This document shows positions 37,330 to 49,948 of a stretch of 64,000 nt of DNA, piece after piece (within the stretch, counting starts at the first letter, position 1; each line of letters opens with the position of its first letter). Location: assembly GCF_001194135.2 (NCBI RefSeq), contig NC_068983.1, positions 80,682,450-80,746,449 of the forward strand, read 5' to 3'. This DNA comes from Octopus bimaculoides. Its lineage: Eukaryota. The notes beneath the pieces were generated by a model, which was not told the DNA's origin, did not search any database, and saw only the letters and a list, made by a program, of their open reading frames with translations. A program made the position numbers and the translations under genes.

Positions 37330-37915
37330 AGATTTTTACAGTTCCAGCAATGGATTGGATCTATTGTCTTTGAATCAGCTTTCTCCTTTCTGGTTTTGAG
37401 AAACCTAATTTCTCAAGATTGGTATTTAGGCAGTGTGTTGCATATCCCAGTGCCCCAGTAATTACAGGTATAAACCTGAACTTGTAATCTAGATAGAGTA
37501 ACTGCAGACTTCTCAATAGTTCAGTGCAAGTATTCTCTTTTTCACTGATCTTCAACTTTATGTTAACATCCGCTGGGCAGCTAATTTCTGCAACTGTGAA
37601 ATTTCTCTTCTCTATTCCAAATCATTATGTCAGGTCTATTGTGTTTACATTTTATTGAAGTTTTCACCAGTATTCCTTTTTATTATGAGTGGCTATGGCT
37701 TCCACCATTCTGTAGGTTCTTATTTCTTTGTCCTCAGGGTTATCCTTTCGATGGATCTAGTTATACATTAGCTACAACATCATGTCTCTTCAGTAGATAA
37801 TACCATGATGACATTTTCAGACGACTGTTTATGATGTGGGTGATATCTTTGGTGTTAACTCCACAAAGCCTGCATCGGTTGTCACATTTTACTGCTTTTC
37901 CAGCATCTCTGTTGC
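37330..37915 (-). mobile_element. R4/Dong-type LINE 3' fragment (CCHC plus RLE C-terminus)
   Basis: CRLCGVNTKDITHII...RHDVVA and YKFRFIPVITGALGY. Confidence 0.75.
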
Positions 37916-37924
37916 TTTTGTGCA

Positions 37925-38110
37925 AGGTATGTATGTATGTATGTATGTATGTATGTATGTGTGTATATATATATGTATGTATGTATGTATATATGTATGT
38001 ATGTATGCATGCATGTCTGTCTGTCTGTCTGCATGTATGTATGTAGTATGCATGCATGCATTCATGTATGTATGTATGTATGTATGTATGTATGTGTGTG
38101 TGAATGTATG
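37925..38110. repeat. (TATG)n-rich microsatellite
   Basis: Seen directly. Confidence 0.95.
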
Positions 38111-38926
38111 TATGTGTGTTCTTTGTTTCCAATTTTCTGTGAAAACATGTCTGATCATGTAGAAATATTACCTTGCTTGGAAACAGATGATACTTGGCAA
38201 CAGGAAGAGCATCTGACCATAGAAAATCAGCGTCAAAAAGTTCTGTTTGGCTCATGTGCAGACTCTAAGTTTTTTAAAACAATGTTGTTTTGGTGCTATG
38301 AATAAATGTCAAGGCCCTCTTTTTGGGGTATATGAGGAAGGATAAGTCTACCTATCCCTCATCAGCTTTTTGGTGCTATTTTCAGAACTAATTCTATTGT
38401 AAGTAATCAGACCACAGTTCCTACTTTGAGGACAATAACATCTCAATATACTGCCTACAACTACAACTGCTCTTCTGTGGTGCCTGCTACTTGTCATGGG
38501 TTATTCATGAAAAAGGATACACAATAAAGGATCACTACTGGGCAATTCTGCAGTCTGCGCCTATTGATAATGCTTGAAGAACTGCTCTGTCAGCTAGAAC
38601 ATTATAATCTTGTAACCTCTTCCTTCTACAGTTTGTGAATGGACCATTCTCCACTGAAAGCACATAATTCCACAAATATCACCTGAGGTTATGACTTCAT
38701 GCTAAGAACCAACAAAATGGTTGGCAGCATGATTTCCTTCACCTCACTTTCCAGAAACAACTCTCTGCAAAACAATGTAAAAATCAATAAAAAGAACAAA
38801 AATTAATCCATTGTTCAACTCCACAACCTCTTCTCCAATATTAGTTGAATTTGGTTCAACATTTACCTTAAATGTAACACTATGCACATTTTTTGTTTCT
38901 CATCGAGATGTAAATCTTTCATTCTC

Positions 38927-38927
<1 letters not shown>

Positions 38928-38998
<71 letters not shown>

Positions 38999-39125
38999 TT
39001 AACGTCTATTGTCCATGCTGGCATGGGTTGGATGGTTTGACCAGGGCTGGTAAGCTGGAAGGCTGCACCAGACTCCAGTCTGATTTGGCATGGCTTTCTA
39101 TGGCTGGATGATGGCTTTCGATGAC
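38928..39125 (-). mobile_element. RTE-type 3' tail with a long (GAT)n tail
   Basis: (ATC)n at 38928-38998, then TTTAACGTCTATTGTCCATGCTGGCATGGGTTGGATGG. Confidence 0.8.
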
Positions 39126-40264
39126 AGTTCTGATGTCAATAAAACCATTACCAAAGGCCCGCTTGATATCCCATCGAGCTTCTGTGGCTGAGCGACCCAG
39201 TTTGTACTCATACAAGAAAATCACTCAACTTAGTTTGGTTGTTATCATTTTCATAAAGTCTGTGGATATGAATTTTATATACCAATATTGTTGAGAAAGA
39301 AAAAGAGTCAAAATTAAGTGCAAAGTATTTGAGTTTTTAAATGACTGAAATAACAAGTAATAAAAAATGCAACATTTCATGTGAAACAACCTAATATTTA
39401 TCCAAGATCACCCCTCACACACACACACACACACACACACACTCTCTCTCTCTTTCTCTCTCTGAGTTCTAAGTGATATATTCCTTTGGCATTGGATCTT
39501 CATTACACTTTATGAAGCAGTTCATTTATTTCTTCATTTCTTGTTGGTTGGAATATCACTTACAAAACTAAATTCTATTTATATATCCTTCTCACCTTAA
39601 TTCACTATCACTTAAATTTTAATCATATTTTCATAATATTTATGTATTTCCATATATCTTTTCATAAAATGTTGACTAATAAGGCACCTCCTAATCCAAT
39701 ATTTTGAACATTTATTTAAGATTCATTAACTTATTAATTTGTTAATTGAATATTTAAGATTTGAAAATTAAAGCTGTAAAATAGCTGATAGTGATTGTAA
39801 CTTTTACACATCAACAGAGGCTGGAGACACACTTATATATACTTGAATATTTGAAGATATTTAATAATAATCCTTCTAATATGTTAGTATACAGGAAGGG
39901 TGGGGTGCAAACGTAGGTATACAGTACGTATCACATCAATATTATAATACTCAATTCATTAAAATTATTAGCACATTACATTAGTTAATCTCATTTATGA
40001 TGTTTTCAGTGTCATTAAACATAATACATTTATCATAACTATAGTAATACCTTTATTGTAACTTTTTTTTTATAAAAATGAATGAGTGTTGTCTTTTTTC
40101 ATAATTGTATACCTACTTTTGCTCCATCATGTATATGTATCTTTATCTGTATGTCCGTCCGTCTGTCCGTCCATCCATCCATCCATCCATCCATCCATCC
40201 ATCCATCCATCCATCTGTGCATCTGTCTGTCTGTCTATTTATCTATCTATGTGTATGTATATAT

Positions 40265-40435
40265 ATATAGATGGAGGCATGACTGGTGGCTAAGAAGCTC
40301 ACTTTGCAACCATGTGGTTTCAGGTTCAATCCCACTGCATGTCACCTTGGGTAGGTGTCTTCTACTGTAGTCCTAGGCTGACTAATGTTTTGTCAGTGAA
40401 TTTGGTTGATGGAAATTGTGTAAATCCATTGTACA
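40265..40435 (+). mobile_element. Family 2 SINE, 5' half
   Basis: GGTTCAATCCCACTGCATGTCACCTTGGGTAGGTGTCTTCTACTGTAG. Confidence 0.75.
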
Positions 40436-40467
40436 TGTGTGTGGATGTGTGTGCATGCATGTATGTG

Positions 40468-40469
<2 letters not shown>

Positions 40470-40508
<39 letters not shown>

Positions 40509-40712
40509 NNNNNNNNNNGTGTGTGTGTGTGTGTGTGTGTGTGTGCATGTGTGTGCATGTGTGTGCAGCATGTGTGTGCATGTGTGTGCATGTGTGTGCA
40601 TATGTGTGTATGGAGAGAGAGAGAGGGAAAGAGAAAGGAAGAGAGAGAGGGAAAGAGAAAGGAAGAGAGAGAGGGAAAGAGAAAGGAAGAGAGAGAGGGA
40701 AAGAGAGAGAGA
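40470..40712. repeat. (GT)n microsatellite plus a 24-bp purine tandem repeat
   Basis: GAGAGAGAGGGAAAGAGAAAGGAA repeated about 4 times at 40612-40710. Confidence 0.9.
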
Positions 40713-40899
40713 ATTATTTATTAGCAGATAGTTTTGTTTAACAGGTGGCTGATACATAGTCACTTAATCTACTGAAAATAACTACTAAAACTAACAAGTT
40801 ACACACTACCATTTTAAATTTGGGAAGGACACATTGCAAGGCCTGCAAGGTGACAATTTCTGCTTGTCTTCTTTTAACTCACATGATATCATTAAATTG

Positions 40900-41275
40900 C
40901 TGAGAAATAATGAAGGATACAAGTACTTAGGGGATACTGCAGGATGATAAGTTAAAGGGAAGGGAAATGAGTTAAACAAACAGTGTAAGATCATAGACTT
41001 TGCAATGCCATATGATAACAGAGTGGGTGCCAAAGAAATAGAAACAAAATTGAGAAATATAAGGACCTAACTAGGGAGCTGAAAAGATTAAGACAAAATG
41101 ACAAATGTTCCTGTAACTTGTGCACTTGTGTCACAACACCAAAACTGCTACCTAAGAGCCTGAAGGATATTGGAATTGTGACTTGTTTTGTTGACCTGCA
41201 AAATGTGCCATCATACATTCAGTATAAATCCTAAGAAAGATTCTTGGATTTAGAGGAGAAAGACTTGTCACCAAA
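40900..41275 (+). mobile_element. R4/Dong-type LINE 3' fragment
   Basis: KIIDFAMPYDNRVGAKE..KYKDLTRELKRL...LPKSLKDIGI, followed by (AAT)n. Confidence 0.75.
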
Positions 41276-41321
41276 CCATAAGATAACATTCCAGCTAACT
41301 AAATTAGCATGAAATTGCTTT

Positions 41322-41336
41322 ATAATAATAATAATG

Positions 41337-41411
<75 letters not shown>

Positions 41412-41427
41412 TAATGATAATAATAAC

Positions 41428-41476
<49 letters not shown>
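41322..41476. repeat. (AAT)n microsatellite
   Basis: About 50 units, slightly interrupted. Confidence 0.98.
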
Positions 41477-42400
41477 GACTGGATAGATTATAGGAAAGCC
41501 TATGACATGATCCCACTCATGGATAAGTGAATGTTTTAGTATATTCAGTATAGCAAGGCATAGGGAAATGAAAACATCAAATGAACTTAAAAACCAGAAA
41601 AAAGAACAGATATCTGACTGGCAGGAGAAGGTATTGCATGGTAGATTCCCAAAGATAGTCTCAGTAAATAGTAGTAGTGAGACATGGTTATGGCTGTAGA
41701 AGGGAAAGCTGAAGAGGGAGACAGAAAGTTTGTTAGTAGCTGTACAAGATCAAGTATTAAGGACTAATTAGATAAACGCTAAAATAGACAAAAACCAAGT
41801 AGATTCCCAAATCAAAAGAGGAAAGCGTTACTCATATAGTAAGTGAATGTAGCATGCTAGCACAGAAAGAATACAAGAAAAGACATGACAATCTAGGGAG
41901 AGCAATCTACTGAGAACAATCTACTGAGAACAATCTACTGAGAGCTTTGTAGAAAGCTAGTATTTGAACATACTGATAAATGGTATGAACATGAACCTAG
42001 TAAAGTACTAAAAAGTAAGAAATACAAGATGTTGTGAGACTTTAACATTCAGACTGACAGAGTAATAGAAGCTAGAAGGCCTAATTTGGTAGTAGCAGAT
42101 AAATACAATAGAAAGTACTAAGTAATTGACTTTACAGTCCCCCAAAAAAGCAAAGCACCAAGATTTAGCTATTGAATTACAGAGACTATGGAAAGTGCAG
42201 GTAAAATGTATCCCAGTAGTTATAGGTGCATTGGGAACTATCCCTAAATATCTAAACAGATGGATTGAGAAAATAGGCATAAAACCCAGTTTAGTACAGC
42301 TTCAGAAAACAGTGGATACTTAGGAGGGTTCTTGGCATCTAAGGCAACTTTTTGTAGCCTGTTGTTAGGATTCTTTTCTTTTCAACAGTCTAATCTATTA
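41477..42400 (+). mobile_element. R4/Dong-type LINE fragment with an internal deletion
   Basis: WIDYRKAYDM (RT) jumps to WQEKVLHGRF, LKRETESLLVAVQDQ, THIVSECSMLAQKEYKKRHDNL, DFNIQTDRVIEARRP, IPVVIGALGTIPK. Flanked by (AAT)n on both sides. Confidence 0.9.
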
Positions 42401-42431
42401 AGTGTATATGATTAATAATAATAATAATAGC

Positions 42432-42464
<33 letters not shown>

Positions 42465-42494
42465 AATAATAATAATAATAATAGTAATAATAAT

Positions 42495-42680
42495 GATTTC
42501 AAAGTTTGGTACAAGGCCAACAATTTTGGTAGAGGGGGTAAGTCGATTACATCGACTCCAGTACTCAACTGGTACTTATTTTATTGATCCTGAAAGCATG
42601 AAAGGTAAAGTTGACTTTGGCAGAAGTTGAATTCAGAACATAAAGGCCAATGAAATAAGTAAACCAGACAGAAAAGCACT
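42495..42680 (-). mobile_element. Family 3 SINE
   Basis: GGTACTTATTTTATTGATCCTGAAAGCATGAAAGGTAAAGTTGAC. Confidence 0.8.
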
Positions 42681-42749
42681 GAAAACCATTTGTTAGCAAC
42701 ACCCACCGAATTGAGTACTGGACATGCCATGCCCTCTGCCAATCAGACA

Positions 42750-43450
42750 ATGCTACCAGTGGAGGTTTCACTTTGGTGTTCTATAGAGGGTCAGTGTGAG
42801 GTAAGAACAATGACATTCTTGAGAAGACCATGAGCATCAACAAAAATCAACTGTCTGATCTGTTTCAAAAGACTTTTGGATTAGATCTCATTGATAATTT
42901 CCAGAAATCCCCGGTCTGACATTGCTATCAGCAGTGTGCATGTGTGTGAACATTGTTTGTGTGGGATAAACTCTAAGGCACAGACAGAGTACTACTCTTA
43001 GGTCTACCTGAGATGTGTGCAGAGAAACAAAGCTTATTCTGCATGCACTTTTCCAGTATCTTACTATTCCTAACTTGTGGAATTATGTCAAACACTTGCT
43101 GTTGGGTGCGAGGGAATAGATCCAGCTATCAGCTGAATCCATTAGCAAGATCATCCTGTCACCTTCCTTTGACCAAAATGGGTAGACAGTCTTCATTTGT
43201 CTGGTGGCTTCAGTGCAAGATGTTGTGTGGTGGACAAGACTGAAAAACTAAAAACAGATACCTTCTTAGGCCAAGGCCTCAACAGCTTTTGAAGTTTGGG
43301 TGGAAAGGAAAGTGCTGCTTCACAGCAGATTTGTTGAAAGGTGGAAGAGAATAGCAAAGATCTGAGTGAATGGGGTTTGCTCCAAGTATATTGAGGAAGA
43401 AAGATAGGGAGAGAGCACTTACCCTAGTGGTGGAGGTGACCATGGTTTTG
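42750..43450 (+). mobile_element. Possible decayed LTR-retrotransposon RT/RNase H remnant
   Basis: MGFAPSILRKKDRERALTLVV loosely resembles the gypsy RNase H motif (P.AFASR.L...E.EAL..V). Otherwise disrupted. Confidence 0.3.
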
Positions 43451-43623
43451 TGGGATTTGCACATGCAACCTTCAGAGGTTTTCCTCTATTGTAGACTTAT
43501 TTCTTGTTTGCATGTTTTGTTTTTGTTTACATGCTTTTATATAACCCCACACTGTAATGCCCTGTACTGTTTTCAACATTTTTTCATGTATCTCTAGTGG
43601 CTACTGAATAAACATTATTATTA

Positions 43624-43661
<38 letters not shown>

Positions 43662-44280
43662 ATTTACTTTTAATTTGCATGTTTGTCACAATAACTTGCC
43701 GAGACACTCCCAACATCCTAGGGTGAGTGAAGGATAAGAGATGGTAAAGTATAACTGAAATCTTGGGGAGGGGAAACAACAGGAGCAGTAATGAAATAGC
43801 TTCAAGTGATAGGACAGATATTTTAATTTGATAGGGTTTTTCTAAGGATGTGAGTAGTATTTGTCAGCACAATCTTTTGGATTTCTCTGAGATATGGTTC
43901 TCCTAGGATGTTATCTAGATGTTTCTGACATCCCCTTTTTTTTTAACATGCCTACGATAACAAGAGCAGTTCTCACTTTAAGATGCCAAAGGTCCTTATA
44001 TTTACTTAATTTGTCAAATTCCTTTACAGATATATTTTTATCAGTGGGAATACTTACATCTATTAGTCTACAAGTATTTTTTCCCCTTGTCCTTAATGAC
44101 TATGTCTGGTCGATTATCCTGAATCGTTCTGTCGGTGTTAACTGGAAAATCCCAGAGGTTAGTAACACTTTTACCTTCAATGACTGGCTCAGGATGATGT
44201 TCATACTAGTAAGCAGGAGTGCTGATTTTGTAGTGTTTACATATTTTCCAATGTATATACTGTCCTACCCTATTGTGGCA
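43662..44280 (-). mobile_element. R4/Dong-type LINE 3' fragment
   Basis: WDFPVNTDRTIQDNRPDIVIKD...LIDVSIPTDKNISVKEFDKLSKYKDL...QKIVLTNTTHILRKTLS*. The 3' end abuts (AAT)n and the 5' end abuts (GAG/CAA/GAA)n. Confidence 0.9.
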
Positions 44281-44281
44281 T

Positions 44282-44465
44282 TTTCCTCCTCCTCTGCCTC
44301 TGCCTCCTCATCCTCATCCTCCTCTTCCTATTCCTCCTCCTCCTCCTTGTTGTTGTTGTTGTTGTTGTTGTTGTTCTTCTTCTTCTTCTTCTTCTTCTTC
44401 TTCTTCTTCTTCTTCTTCTTCTTCTTCTTCTTCTTCTTCTTCTTCTTCTTCTTCTTCTTCTTCTC
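44282..44465. repeat. Compound (CTC)/(TTG)/(TTC)n microsatellite
   Basis: Seen directly. Confidence 0.97.
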
Positions 44466-45690
44466 AATATAATTTTCTCCTTGTAGCATTGATTGGGCTC
44501 AGTCTGAAGTTGATCTCTCACTAGATGATATATGAATGTTTATATGGTTTAAATTGATATTATAAACAGAACATATTTAACAGCTAAGATGTACTATTGT
44601 AGTTGGTAAAATTGCTATTATGGATATACTATAGATTTCTCTGTATAAACATCTTACTATTTTTTAAACTTTTTATCTCTATTATATTTAATGTGTTTTT
44701 TATCTGGAAATAAATCAATAAAATATGCAATTAACAAAAGTTCTTTTTGATTTGTTTCACTACAAAATGAATATAAAGATTTCATATTTTATTCCAGTTG
44801 TAAAAGTTATGGTCTTCTTATGGGATTGATAAACTTGAAGATCTTATCAGTTTTTCCAATTATTTATGTTATTCTTACTAAGTAATTCAATTGTTCATCT
44901 CAAGCTATTCAGTAAAATAAAAAGCAATATGATTTCATCCAAGAGTTCAATTTCTGTTAGGCTCTTCATAATAAATCAATAAGGGTTGACTGAGCTGGTA
45001 CTTTTATTTTCAGCCACCCCTCTCTCATTTGGCTGATCTTTAAATAAATCAAAATATTGGGCTCCATCCAAATTCTAATAAAAGTTTTATAGAGCTGGCA
45101 TAATGAATCAATAAAAAATAAATATTTCAGAGCAAACCAATTTGTTTATTACATTCTAAAAGCATTCTTGCTAAATAAAGTAAAAAAGAAAAAAAAAATT
45201 GATTTAACTTTTTCAAATATATCTTTCATTTTCTTTCCTTTTTAAATGCAATATGTTTAGAAAATGGGATAGGTTTACAAACTCATTGCAGTCTATGAGT
45301 GAAGTCTGTGAGTAAATTACTAAATTTAATGCATCATTCATTGTTGTACTGAATCACAGCTTAGTCAATAATTTATTCTTTAGGATAATATTCTTATGAG
45401 ACTTCAACATTAACTTAGACCAACACTAAATATGATTATGGTTTAAAATGACAAAGTAGTGCAATGCTGGTTGTTATCATTTATTCCTAGGTCAATCCTG
45501 ACATGCAGACAGGGCTTACCTGGAAATAAACATTCAACTTTACAATGAAAGTAAGCAAACAAAGTTTGTTTTAGAAGCGTTGAGATGTATTGTAAGATAC
45601 AGAAATAAATTTATTTCTCAAACGCGTGATAATACTATAAATAGCGTGATCAGGATAAATTATCCATATATTGCAGAAAAATACGTTACT

Positions 45691-45750
45691 GGCCAGCCAT
45701 GAGACTCGAACTCACATCTCTGTGATTACGCGTCAAGTGTTTTACCATTA
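45691..45750 (-). other. Degenerate tRNA-like sequence (SINE or PLE related)
   Basis: T-arm GTGAG-TTCGAGT-CTCAT and a CGT anticodon-like loop. 5' half decayed. Confidence 0.5.
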
Positions 45751-48734
45751 ATTATTCTTCCTCATTTTAAGCTATTGATATCAGTTGTGCTGACCTTGTT
45801 GAAGAGGCTTCAGTCTTAAATCTGAAACCGTCGACAGTATAGGGATGCTATGACTGCCACTTTCAGCCATTTACAGTCACTGTCAGTAAGTTGTATACAA
45901 TTATGTATGTTGACTGTAGCATCAGTTGCACTTTAGCTCTTATTTCTAGCACTGTAGGTTTTCTAACACCCTCTGTCATATTTCATGACAGTTATAGTTT
46001 TCCTTTTTGGTGATACATTGCTAAACTGCTGCCTAACTTAATTATATATATACTTTATATTATACAATATCAGTTATTTTATATTACCCAAACAGTCCTT
46101 TTCCAAAACACCTATATTTTCTTGGTAGAATTGTTGAGTAAAAAAAAAGAAAAGTTGTTGCAGTCTTTTATGCTTTCGGTTTAAATCTTGCTGAGGTTAA
46201 CTTTGCCTTTCATCCTTCTGGGGTTGATCAGATCAAAAAAATTTACCAGAAAAGTACTGAGATTGATTTCATATTCATATACATCATACTAGATGCAAAG
46301 AGAATTATAATACAAGACATCTCCATATATTTATATTTCCAGTGAAGAAGAATTAATCATCTGGTGATTTTTTGTTATTTTGAAAAATTAATATTTTATC
46401 TATATTACAAATTAAAATTTATTAATATTGACAATCATATAAAAACTCTAAAGCGTTTTAAAATAAAATTCATATCTTACCATATGAATTTTATTATTTC
46501 CATTACACTTCTTTTTTTTTTTTTTTTTTTTTTTTTTGCTTGACATATTCTCCTGAAATTTTAAACATTTTCAAGCTTTTAAAGTACTATTTTAAAATTT
46601 GTTTCCATGAATTCAAATATCTTCTACTATTTTATATCTATCACATATCATTCTTCTACTCTCTCTTTATCTCACTTTCTCTGCCTAACTCTGTTATATA
46701 TATATATATAATCTCACACACATACACAAACACATGTATTTCCATGTGTAATTTTAATACATGTCTAAAATTTAAAAACTACAAATTTGTTTGGTTGTTG
46801 TTTTAGGTATATTTAATATTTATACATGCTATCATAATTGAACTGCTACTATTTTCAGTTGATAAATATTCGTAAAACCCATTTCATATTTCCAATCTCA
46901 TTGTAATTTCATTTCGAAATGAATCTATCGGATTTTAAAATCGAAAATAGGCTTAAATTTTGCTTGATCCTAATTCAGAAAACTTTTTCCAGGCTTTCCT
47001 AAACCACTTGACAATTACTGACATATTTAAAAATATTATTAAATTATAAATATTATTACTATTATTATTTTCCAAGTAGCTAATTCATGGAATTGATTTC
47101 TGAAACAGATTTATTTTGCTGTTAAAGAACAATATTTATTTCACGGTTCCAGTTTAGTGCAACATTTTCAACATTTTGGCAATATAGCTTTTTATTTCTT
47201 ATTTTATTTACTTAACTCAGATTGATAGGAAACTTTAGTACAATAAGTTTAAATGTGTCTGCTTTGAGTAAGGCATAGTTCAATATTTATTTCCATAAGA
47301 TTATTGTTAACCATTTCCAATAACCTTAAAACTGCATGGAGATCTTTCTTAATCAGCTTCACTAATAAAACTTGAAAATTAAAATCACTTTATATCATAA
47401 TACAACCCTTTTACATCTTTGTATCATGATGATAATGATATTAATCACACTATGTATTATTTTTTTTGATAAGTAGTTGATTATGTTTTAACATTTCCTT
47501 TGATAATTTGACTTTGGAAAAATTTCATTTTTGTATCAAGAATTTGTTTTAGCCATATTGTATCCATAGGCAAAAAACAAAAAAACAAACCCCAAAATCC
47601 CAACAAAGTACATGTGAATATTGTCTCCTTATGCACTTGGTGATGTTTGAGTAGTTTAGTATTTTTTACCATTTTTGCTAGCCAGGCAAAAACCTGTATT
47701 CTGCCAGTCATTTTGTCTAACCAACATCAGAAGAATCTTTTTCTTTGCATATTCAGATGAAGGAAGCTGTTCTTGCTCTTTATTCATACAAAATTCATCA
47801 CAAAATGGAAATGGTCTTCCCACTCTTTGTATCTGGTTATCCATGTTAATTTAACTTATTTCAAACTCTGCAGCATTTTCTGTTCATATGACATGTACAA
47901 CACAAAGGGAAATTTAATTTCCAAACATATGAGTATCCTTTTTCTACAATGCATGAATTGTACTATTGACTGTTAACAGACATGTGTAATACTTTTCATA
48001 CTAACACATTTATGTAAATTTTATTATTACTAATGTTTCAATTTGAAATTTGTATTTTTTCTTCTGTCTAATTCAAAGCCTGTACCCATAAACTAAGAAC
48101 ACATGCTGTTTGACTATTTTAAGTTGTACTACCACTTAGACTGGCAGTATGTGTAAAACAATGGGAAGCCAATATATGTTTATTGATGTTACCTGTCTGT
48201 ATTCCTGGTTTTTTAAACATGCATCATCCAGCTGAACAACTTAGAGAATGTTTTCATCATTATGCTTACTATATATAGTTCAGTTGTTAAACAAATTAAA
48301 ATATCTGAAGTTTATTTCATTTACCTTATGGAATAGAAGAAACAAAAAAATTCTGAACACCACAATAAAATCTTAATCTCAAAATTGTCATATGAAACAG
48401 AAATATTCATTAACCAAAAACGAAAACATAACAAAAATGAAATCTAAAAAGATTTAAAGGTGTTATTGTGTTTATAGACTTAACAGAGGTAGTTGAAGTT
48501 TCCTTTATATTCATATCAGGCTAGAAAAGTAATCTCACATTTTAAGAATCAAATCTTTAATCAAAGAACACAAAATATATACCTTGATGATACCAGGAGT
48601 AATAAACTTTCACTATCAACAAATGGATGAAGTCTCTATATAGCTGCTCAAAATGACAAACTCCATGAAATCACACAGCAATTTCTTAAAAGTGTTTGAT
48701 ATTTGGTATATTGATGTAGGACTGTGGTGCAATA

Positions 48735-49015
48735 GACGTGTGAGAGATCTGGTATACAAAACAGTGGAAGAAAAAAGTGTGAGAGATACGGTAGTGATTG
48801 ATTAGAAGTTTCAGAGGTTTAGTGCAGAATAGGAGTGTCAGAGGCTTGGTATATAAGACAGTGATAGATTAGAAGTGTGAAATGTGGCTTGTATGACAGT
48901 GGTAGAATAAGATGGGTAGAGATCTGGTATATACGACAGTGGAAGAATAAAAGTGTAAGAGGTGTGACATGTTTAATAGTGGTAGAACAGAAGTGTTAGA
49001 GATTTGAGATATGCC
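48735..49015. repeat. Degenerate ~40-bp minisatellite
   Basis: About 7 units, e.g. GAGATCTGGTATACAAAACAGTGGAAGAAAAAAGTGT and GAGATCTGGTATATACGACAGTGGAAGAATAAAAGTGT. Confidence 0.75.
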
Positions 49016-49227
49016 AAACCTTTCAAACTTCTATTCTACTAATGTTCAACTTACCAAACAAAATACATTACTTGGATTTACAAAAACATTATGTCTCACT
49101 GGTATTAAGAAAACATTGCACAGTGGAAAAATCTACTGCCTTTAATCACACCTCAATGAGATAGATTAGACTAGCAGAGATACCCAGCCTTGCTCGGGAT
49201 TAAAATGGCATAGTTTTTTTATTGTTT

Positions 49228-49837
49228 TGCTTGTTTCAGTTATGTGACTGTGGCCATGCTGAAGCACCACTGTTGGTTGAACAAATCGACCACAGGATTT
49301 ATTCTTTTTAAGCCTAGTACTTATTCTATCAGTGTCTTTTGCTGAACTGCTAAGTTATGGGAGCATAAACACAGCAACATCGGTTGTCAAGCAATGGTGG
49401 GGGTAGAAACACACACGCGCACGCGCATATATATTACTCTTTTACTCTGTTACTTGTTTCAGTCATTTGAGTGTGGCCATGCTGGAGCACTGCCTTTCAG
49501 TTGAAGAAATTGACAGATGGACCTATTCTTTGTAAGCCTGGTGTTTATTCAATCGATATCTTCTGCGGAACAGCAATGTTACAGGGACATAAACACACTA
49601 ACATCGGTTTCTAAGCGATGGTGGGGGAAACAAACACAGACAAAAATACACACACATAAACATATATACACATAGGACAGACTTCTTTCAGTTTCCATCA
49701 ACCAAATCCACTGATATGGCTTTGGTTGGCCCAAGGCTATAGTAGAAGACACTTGTCCAAGGTGTCATGCAGAGGGACTGAAACTGGAACCAAGTGGTTG
49801 GGAAGCTAGCTTCTTAGTGCACAGCCACACCTGCACC

Positions 49838-49840
<3 letters not shown>
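49228..49840 (-). mobile_element. Two tandem family 2 SINEs (a 3' half at 49228-49435 and a full copy at 49436-49840)
   Basis: The TGTTTCAGT.A.TGA.TGTGGCCATGCTG tail occurs twice; the head ends ...CAGCCACACCTGCACCTAT. Confidence 0.85.
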
Positions 49841-49878
<38 letters not shown>

Positions 49879-49948
49879 ACACACATGCATATATGTACAT
49901 ACATGGTGGTTGTCTACTCCTTATACAGAGTTTGACCACCTCCTGTAC

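Noticed and set aside
47758-47942. U12-type donor GTATCCTTTT (47933-47942) after an exon-like island; ATATCCTTT motifs near 54108 and 58248
   Set aside because: No downstream open exon in matching phase after a convincing U12 branch site. The island may be a piggyBac-like fossil. Unresolved without RNA data.
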